Source: Gemmatimonadales bacterium
GTDB lineage: Bacteria > Gemmatimonadota > Gemmatimonadetes > Gemmatimonadales > GWC2-71-9
Direction: 5' to 3'
Assembly: GCA_041577295.1 (NCBI GenBank)
Contig: JBFGJG010000061.1
Coordinates: 1 to 21,509, forward strand
Length of the DNA stretch: 21,509 nucleotides
Shown: in pieces, positions 16,246-21,509 of the stretch
Layout of the letters: each line of letters opens with the position of its first letter
Position numbering within the stretch: position 1 is the first letter of the stretch
Translations under genes and position numbers: made by a program
The notes under the pieces: model-generated
Databases searched by the model: none
Seen by the model: the letters and a program-made list of their open reading frames with translations, nothing else
What the model was told of the DNA's origin: nothing

Positions 16246-17145
16246 GTGACTGCGACAAGCAACGACGCTCACTATTCGGCACTCCGGAACCGCATCCGTT
16301 CAGAATTGCGCACCCTGCCCGATAAACCCGACGAGACACCTGAAGCCACGCTCAACTGTCTCTGGGCCCTCGCCGCCGGCCAACACCTTGCCGTCAGTCA
16401 AGCGAGGGGCTTTTCAACGCCGGCCCTCGACAAGGCCGGTCTCGAGCGGCTGACTGCGCTGGTCGAACAGCGTCTGGCCAATGTTCCTCTCGCTCACTTA
16501 ACGGGCCGCCAGGACTTCATGGGCCTCATCATGCTGGCATCACCTGCCGCGCTCATCCCGCGCAAGGAAACCGAAATCCTGGGACGTGCGGCCGTAGCCG
16601 TGCTCGAGAATCTGGATAGGCAGAACCCATTGGTCATAGACGTATGCACCGGCGCTGGTAACGTCGCCTTGGGCATAGCGCACAACGTGCCGGCGGCCCG
16701 TGTGCTCGGCGCCGATGTGTCAGCGGATGCGGTCGATCTTGCCCGGCGCAATGCCGCATTTTTGGGACTCGACGAGGTCGAGTTTCGCTGCGGGGATTTT
16801 CTCGAGCCTTTCAGGAATAAGGAGTTTCTCGGCAAGGTTGACGTCCTGACATGTAACCCACCTTACATATCATCCAAGCGCGTGCCGACGATGCCGGAGG
16901 AAATAAGCCAGCATGAGCCCCAACTGGCCTTCGACGGCGGACCCTTTGGCGTGAGACTCTTTCGGAGGCTCGTCAAGGAGGCACCGGATTTCCTCGAGCC
17001 CGGCGGCTGGTTGTTGTTCGAAATTGGGGTAGGACAAGGCCCGGCCACAGCACGCGGCCTCGAGCGCGACCCACGCTACGACATCGTCAACACCCACGGC
17101 GATGCAAACGGAGAAATCCGAGTAATCGAAGCCCGCCGCGCGTAG
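16246..17145 (+). CDS. prmC: HemK/PrmC-family N5-glutamine methyltransferase, atypical paralog
   Basis: RLANVPLAHLTG, ALIPRKETEIL, DVCTGAG, NPPYI, HEPQLAFDGG, EIGVGQ. Probable start GTG 16246 (ORF track start 16204 lies in the lysW duplicate). Non-canonical N-terminus LPDKPDETPEATLNCLWALAAG. Confidence 0.85.
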   Translation: MTATSNDAHYSALRNRIRSELRTLPDKPDETPEATLNCLWALAAGQHLAVSQARGFSTPALDKAGLERLTALVEQRLANVPLAHLTGRQDFMGLIMLASPAALIPRKETEILGRAAVAVLENLDRQNPLVIDVCTGAGNVALGIAHNVPAARVLGADVSADAVDLARRNAAFLGLDEVEFRCGDFLEPFRNKEFLGKVDVLTCNPPYISSKRVPTMPEEISQHEPQLAFDGGPFGVRLFRRLVKEAPDFLEPGGWLLFEIGVGQGPATARGLERDPRYDIVNTHGDANGEIRVIEARRA

Positions 17146-17207
17146 TAGCCGTAGGGCCCTACCTTGCTCATGCCGCCGCTCCCCCCTATCCCGCCCCAGC
17201 GAACAAC

Positions 17208-17251
17208 TAGCACCCCCGCTTCAACCGTCGTTATGTTGCAGCACCCATAAC
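17208..17251 (+). promoter_or_regulatory. Putative lys operon promoter (-10 TATGTT) overlapped by inverted repeat GTTATG-N10-CATAAC
   Basis: TATGTT at 17232-17237, ~30 nt upstream of the lysW ATG and retained in the duplicate; inverted repeat at 17230-17251. Confidence 0.4.
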
Positions 17252-17266
17252 CGTTTGTGATCCGCC

Positions 17267-17440
17267 ATGAGCCAACAAGCAGAATGCCCCGAGTGCGCAG
17301 CAAACGTGTCGCTCCAGGACGACGTCATGCAAGGTGAGATCGTGCAGTGCGGTGAGTGCGGTGTGGAGCTCGAGGTCGTCACGGGGGAGGGGCTAGCGCT
17401 GCAGGTTGCACCTGAAGTCGAGGAGGACTGGGGCGAGTAA
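17267..17440 (+). CDS. lysW: Amino-group carrier protein LysW (57 aa)
   Basis: Manual translation [57 protein letters not shown]: two CxxC pairs and the hallmark C-terminal EDWGE. Not listed in the ORF track. Confidence 0.97.
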   Translation: MSQQAECPECAANVSLQDDVMQGEIVQCGECGVELEVVTGEGLALQVAPEVEEDWGE

Positions 17441-17441
17441 C

Positions 17442-18323
17442 GTGAATCCCCGGATTGGCATTCTCCTCTCGCGCATCCGCGTCGAAGAGAAGTTGCTCCT
17501 CGGCAAGTTCCAGGAGCGCGGTGTTGCCGTCGAGATCTTGGACGACCGCCAGGTGATCTTCGACCTCGGCCCAGATGGGGCCCGGTGGAAGGCGTTCGAT
17601 CTGATCCTCGAGCGCTGCATCAACCACTCCCGCGCGCTCTACGCGCTCAAGATTCTCGAGGACCTCGGCGTGCGCACAGTGAACACCTATCAGGTGGGCC
17701 TCGTCTGCGGGAACAAGCTCGAGACCACCTCCGCGCTGGTGCGTCACGGGGTCCCCACACCCCGTTGCAAGATCGCATTCACACCAGAGTCTGCCCTGCG
17801 GGCGATCGACGAGCTCGGCTACCCGGTGGTGCTCAAGCCTGCGGTGGGCTCCTGGGGACGCCTGCTGTCGAAGATCAACGACCGGGATGCCGCGGAGGCG
17901 ATTCTCGAGCACAAGGAAACGCTCGGGAGCTACCATCACTCGATTTTTTACATCCAGGAGTACATCGAGAAGCCGCAGCGAGATATTCGGGCGTTCGTTG
18001 TCGGCGACGAAACAATTTGTGCGATTTACCGCCACTCCGATCACTGGATCACCAACACCGCGCGTGGGGCGAAGACCGCCAACTGCCCCGTGACAACCGA
18101 GCTAAACGAGGTTTCCGTTGCGGCCGCCAAGGCCGTTGGCGGTGGCATCGTGGCGATCGATCTGCTTGAGACACCGGACGGGCGCATCCTCGTCAATGAG
18201 GTGAACTACACGATGGAGTTTCGGAACAGCATCGACGTCACCGGCGTCGACATCCCGGGCCGCATCGTGGATTACGCCCTCAAACTCGTCGCGCAGGCGG
18301 ACACCGTACCCGCAGGGCGGTGA
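17442..18323 (+). CDS. lysX: Alpha-aminoadipate--LysW ligase (RimK-like ATP-grasp)
   Basis: GTG 17442, 1 nt after the lysW stop; [49 protein letters not shown] (IT/NS signature as recalled for Thermus LysX). Confidence 0.95.
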   Translation: MNPRIGILLSRIRVEEKLLLGKFQERGVAVEILDDRQVIFDLGPDGARWKAFDLILERCINHSRALYALKILEDLGVRTVNTYQVGLVCGNKLETTSALVRHGVPTPRCKIAFTPESALRAIDELGYPVVLKPAVGSWGRLLSKINDRDAAEAILEHKETLGSYHHSIFYIQEYIEKPQRDIRAFVVGDETICAIYRHSDHWITNTARGAKTANCPVTTELNEVSVAAAKAVGGGIVAIDLLETPDGRILVNEVNYTMEFRNSIDVTGVDIPGRIVDYALKLVAQADTVPAGR

Positions 18324-19357
18324 CTACACGCGTCAGCATTGTCGGCGGGCGCGGGTACGTCGGTGGTGAGCTCCTGCGTCTCCTCTTGGGGCATCCGGAG
18401 GTAGTTGTTGCGCAAGTGACGTCCGCCAGTCGAGTGGGTCAGTTTGTTCACACGGTCCACCCTAATCTCCGCGGCGTCACGGACCTCCAGTTCATCCATC
18501 CGCAGAACCTCGACCCGTGCGACCTCCTCTTTCTCGCTCAGCAACACGGCGAGTCTGCCGCGACCATCGATCGCTTTGTGACCCTCGCCGAACGGATCGT
18601 CGACTGCTCGGCAGACTTCCGGTTGCGCGATGCCGGAGCGTATCGCACCTGGTACGGCGCCGATCACAGGGCGCCAGCCTGGCTGAACAAGTTTGTGTAC
18701 GGTCTTCCGGAAAGGCAGCGTGATGCTCTGCAGTCCGCTCGTTACGCCTCGGGTGTGGGCTGCAACGCAGTCGTCACGATTCTCGCGCTGGCGCCGCTTG
18801 CGGACGCCGGCCTCCTCGAGAGTGTGGTCGCCGACGTCAAGGTCGGTTCATCGGAGGCAGGTGCCAAGGCGACCGACAGCTCGCATCACCCCGAGCGGAG
18901 CGGTGCGGTGCGTTCTTTCATGCCCACCGGTCACCGTCATCAGGCGGAGATCCGCCAGGAGCTGGGGCACGCGTTTGACCTCGCGTTCTCCGTCACCTCT
19001 GTGGAGCTCGTCCGTGGTGCGTTGGTAACCGCACATTGTTTTTTGACGGGGCGCCTGGAAGACAAAGACTTGTGGAAGCTCTATCGCGGAGCATACGGCG
19101 AAGAGCCTTTCGTGCGGTTGGTGAAGCAGAAGACGGGAATCTTTCGCTACCCCGAGCCCAAGCTGCTCGCCGGCACCAACTACTGCGATGTCGGTTTCGA
19201 AGTCGATAATGACTCGCCGGCCAACCGCGTGGTGGTGGTTGCGGCCATCGACAACCTCATGAAGGGTGCCGCTGGGAGCGCGGTGCAGTGCATGAACCTC
19301 ATCATGCGGTGGGACGAGCGGCTGGGTCTCACGTTTCCCGGTCTCCACCCCATCTGA
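18320..19357 (+). CDS. lysY: [LysW]-aminoadipyl-6-phosphate reductase (ArgC family)
   Basis: [55 protein letters not shown] overlap with lysX. Confidence 0.93.
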   Translation: MTTRVSIVGGRGYVGGELLRLLLGHPEVVVAQVTSASRVGQFVHTVHPNLRGVTDLQFIHPQNLDPCDLLFLAQQHGESAATIDRFVTLAERIVDCSADFRLRDAGAYRTWYGADHRAPAWLNKFVYGLPERQRDALQSARYASGVGCNAVVTILALAPLADAGLLESVVADVKVGSSEAGAKATDSSHHPERSGAVRSFMPTGHRHQAEIRQELGHAFDLAFSVTSVELVRGALVTAHCFLTGRLEDKDLWKLYRGAYGEEPFVRLVKQKTGIFRYPEPKLLAGTNYCDVGFEVDNDSPANRVVVVAAIDNLMKGAAGSAVQCMNLIMRWDERLGLTFPGLHPI

Positions 19358-19359
19358 CC

Positions 19360-20166
19360 GTGCTGGTCGTCAAGGTTGGAGGTGGACACGCGATCGATCA
19401 CGACAAGGTCGCCGACGATATTGCGGAGCTCGTACGTGAAGGAACATCGCTTGTGGTGGTGCACGGTGGAGCTGCCCTCACCGACGACGTCGCCCATCAA
19501 CTCGGCCACCCACCGGAGCACGTCACCTCTCCCAGCGGGTTCGTTTCTCGCCGCACCGACCGGCGTAGCCTCGAGATCTTCCTCATGGTCTACTGCGGCC
19601 AACTCAACAAGACATGGGTCGAGCGGCTGCAACGGCGGGGCATCAACGCCGTTGGGTTGTCGGGGCTGGACGGGAGGCTCTGGGAGGGGCCGCGCAAGAG
19701 TACCATCCGTATTGTCAAAGACGGACGGCAGCTGGTGCTGCGCGACGATTACACCGGCAAGGTCGAACGCGTGAATGTGGCACTGCTGCAATCTCTCCTG
19801 TCCCAAGCTTTCCTCCCCGTGCTCACCGCACCGGCTGCGAGCTTTGACGGTGAGGCAATCAACGTAGATGGCGATCGTGCCGCGGCCATGACGGCGGTAG
19901 CGCTTCAGGCGGAGACGCTCGTGATCCTCTCCGCCGTGCCGGGGCTGCTCGAACGCTTTCCGGACGAAGCAACATTGATCCCATCGATTCGCGCGCGTGA
20001 TCTCGAGCGGTTCATGCAGGTTGCCGAAGGGCGCATGCAAAAGAAAGTCATGGGAGCAGGCGAGGCGCTCGCCGGAGGAGTCAAGTCCGTCATCTTCGCA
20101 GATGGCCGTGTCGACCGGCCGATTCATCGTGCGCTGGCCGGTGAAGGCACGGTGATCGGTGGCTGA
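19360..20166 (+). CDS. lysZ: [LysW]-aminoadipate kinase (ArgB family)
   Basis: Probable GTG 19360; VVKVGG, VVHGG, SPSGFVSRRTD, DDYTGKVERVN, INVDGDRAAA, GRMQKKV. Confidence 0.93.
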   Translation: MLVVKVGGGHAIDHDKVADDIAELVREGTSLVVVHGGAALTDDVAHQLGHPPEHVTSPSGFVSRRTDRRSLEIFLMVYCGQLNKTWVERLQRRGINAVGLSGLDGRLWEGPRKSTIRIVKDGRQLVLRDDYTGKVERVNVALLQSLLSQAFLPVLTAPAASFDGEAINVDGDRAAAMTAVALQAETLVILSAVPGLLERFPDEATLIPSIRARDLERFMQVAEGRMQKKVMGAGEALAGGVKSVIFADGRVDRPIHRALAGEGTVIGG

Positions 20167-21367
20167 GCCACGAGTGGATCACGCAGCCATCGCCGCCCTC
20201 GAGGATCGTCACTCGTCGGGCGGCGTGACGCGACGGCCGGTCACCATCACCCGCGCCATCGGCGCGCGGATGTGGGATGCGAATGGCAATGAATACGTCG
20301 ATTGTGCTGCGGCGCACGGTTGGGCTGCGCTCGGTCACGGGCACCCGGAGGTGAACGAGGCGATTGCGACGCAGCTGCGGTCGATCGCGACGTTGACCGA
20401 GAGCAGCTACAACGACCAGCGTGCGCGCTGGTTTGGTGCGTTGGCCGAACTTTTTGCGAGCACGCTCGGCACCACGGCTCGCGGCGCGATCACTCGTATT
20501 CATCCGTGCAACTCGGGGACCGAGGCAGTTGAGGCGGCTCTCAAGTTCGCGCGGGTTGCCACCGGACGCACCGACTTCGTCGCCGCGCACCGAGGTTTTC
20601 ACGGTCGCACACTCGGCGCGCTGAGCGCCACCGGCACGAGCGGGTATCGCACACCTTTCGAGCCGCTCCTCCCCGGATTTCAGCACGTGACGTTCAACGA
20701 TGCCGCCGCGCTCGAATCGGCGATTACGGACCAGACCGCGGGCGTGATCCTCGAGGTGGTGCAGGGTGAAGGAGGCGTGCACCTCGCCGACTGGGATTAC
20801 CTGCGCACAGCCCGCCAGCTGTGCGACGAGCAGGGTGCCCTGCTCATCATCGACGAGATCCAAACCGGTCTCGGCAGAACGGGACAGTGGTTCGCCTGTG
20901 AGCATCTCGGCGTCGCACCGGACATCATCGTACTCGGCAAGGCGCTCGGCGGTGGTATCCCGATGGGTGCCGCGTGCTGGCGCGAAGGGCTCGGCACGTT
21001 CGCGTCGGGTGCGCATGGCAGCACGTTCGGTGGTAACCCGCTCGCCTGTGCCGCGAGTCTCGCGGTGCTGCACGTGTTGACGAGGGACCGGCTTCCCGAA
21101 CGGGCAACGCTGCTCGGGGCTGGCGTGCTCGCCGAGTTGCAGGCGGCGCAGGCGAAATGCGTTCGGCAAGTGCGCGGCCTGGGGCTCATGATCGGTGTCG
21201 AGCTGCGCCAACGCGTCACACCCGTTCTGCAGGAGTTGCTCAAGCGAGGTGTGTGGGCACTGCCAGCGGGCCCGAACGTGCTCCGGCTCCTTCCACCACT
21301 CACGATTTCCGAGGACGATCTCGAGCGCGCGATCGGCACGATCGTCGATGTGCTGCGTGCCAGCTGA
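20159..21367 (+). CDS. lysJ: [LysW]-aminoadipate semialdehyde transaminase (class III PLP aminotransferase)
   Basis: NSGTEAVEAALK, FHGRT, EVVQGEGG, DEIQTGLGRTG, GKALGGG, HGSTFGGNPLA; operon context. Confidence 0.92.
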   Translation: MAEPRVDHAAIAALEDRHSSGGVTRRPVTITRAIGARMWDANGNEYVDCAAAHGWAALGHGHPEVNEAIATQLRSIATLTESSYNDQRARWFGALAELFASTLGTTARGAITRIHPCNSGTEAVEAALKFARVATGRTDFVAAHRGFHGRTLGALSATGTSGYRTPFEPLLPGFQHVTFNDAAALESAITDQTAGVILEVVQGEGGVHLADWDYLRTARQLCDEQGALLIIDEIQTGLGRTGQWFACEHLGVAPDIIVLGKALGGGIPMGAACWREGLGTFASGAHGSTFGGNPLACAASLAVLHVLTRDRLPERATLLGAGVLAELQAAQAKCVRQVRGLGLMIGVELRQRVTPVLQELLKRGVWALPAGPNVLRLLPPLTISEDDLERAIGTIVDVLRAS

Positions 21368-21509
21368 ACGCGACGCCGAAGCAGTCGAGCTGCTCGAGAA
21401 CCTCGTCGGCATCCCCAGCCTGTCGGGAGAAGAAGCGCCAGCATCACGCGCGTTGACGGAGTGGATGACCGCTCGCGGGTTTGCGGCGCACGTTGACGAG
21501 GTGGGCAAC
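21357..21509 (+). CDS. lysK: [LysW]-lysine hydrolase (M20 family), 5' part only
   Basis: Manual translation from GTG 21357 (in-frame ATG 21348 possible): VPAERDAEAVELLENLVGIPSLSGEE...GFAAHVDEVGN, open to the window edge; overlaps the lysJ end. Confidence 0.85.
   Translation, partial: MPAERDAEAVELLENLVGIPSLSGEEAPASRALTEWMTARGFAAHVDEVGN

Noticed and set aside
16074..16325. 83-aa Cys-rich ORF as a zinc-finger protein
   Set aside because: Its CPEC segment is the lysW duplicate; the remainder is read-through of promoter DNA and an out-of-frame part of hemK.
16246..17145. NPPY methyltransferase as a DNA adenine methylase of a restriction-modification system
   Set aside because: HemK-specific motifs (LIPRxETE, EPxxAxDGG, EIGxGQ) are present and no nuclease is adjacent.
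16123..17241. TTATGTTGCA in both repeat copies resembling a XerD half-site (dif-like module around hemK)
   Set aside because: No XerC-like arm at the 6-bp spacing in either copy; better explained as the -10 region of the duplicated lysW promoter.
19180..21508. Long minus-strand ORFs of 315 and 472 aa
   Set aside because: Antisense shadows of lysZ/lysJ typical of high-GC DNA; no motifs. The same applies to most short overlapping ORFs in the track.
18320..21509. Classical acetylated arginine genes argC/argB/argD/argE
   Set aside because: Adjacent lysW and lysX plus LysY/LysZ-type motifs favour the LysW pathway; bifunctionality for ornithine is not excluded.

Overview
GC-rich bacterial window. 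A Gemmatimonadota-like origin is inferred from the BTAD-TM-TolB-like regulator, Oar-like TonB receptor and PD40 lipoprotein; this is not proven. Left to right: (i) a partial FAD-linked oxidoreductase missing from the ORF track; (ii) an envelope/signalling block of a PD40 lipoprotein, a divergent membrane-anchored SARP/BTAD regulator with SARP-box-like 11-bp-phased repeats between them, a convergent TonB-dependent receptor and a decayed SARP stub; (iii) an APC amino-acid permease with USP domains and a TM-helix membrane protein; (iv) an island-like module in which a tyrosine integrase is fused in frame to a TcmP-like (three-Cys-motif partner, SAM-methyltransferase-fold) domain ending in a beta-clamp-type motif QLELF, followed by a MepA-like endopeptidase lipoprotein and a coupled secreted beta-propeller protein; (v) an atypical HemK/PrmC methyltransferase bracketed by a ~80% identical duplication of the lysW promoter and 5' end; (vi) a LysW-dependent alpha-aminoadipate lysine operon lysW-X-Y-Z-J-K, with lysK cut by the window edge. 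The most unusual items are the integrase-TcmP fusion, the lysW-duplication-flanked hemK and the SARP-box architecture. All family calls come from motif recognition by eye; no database searches were run.
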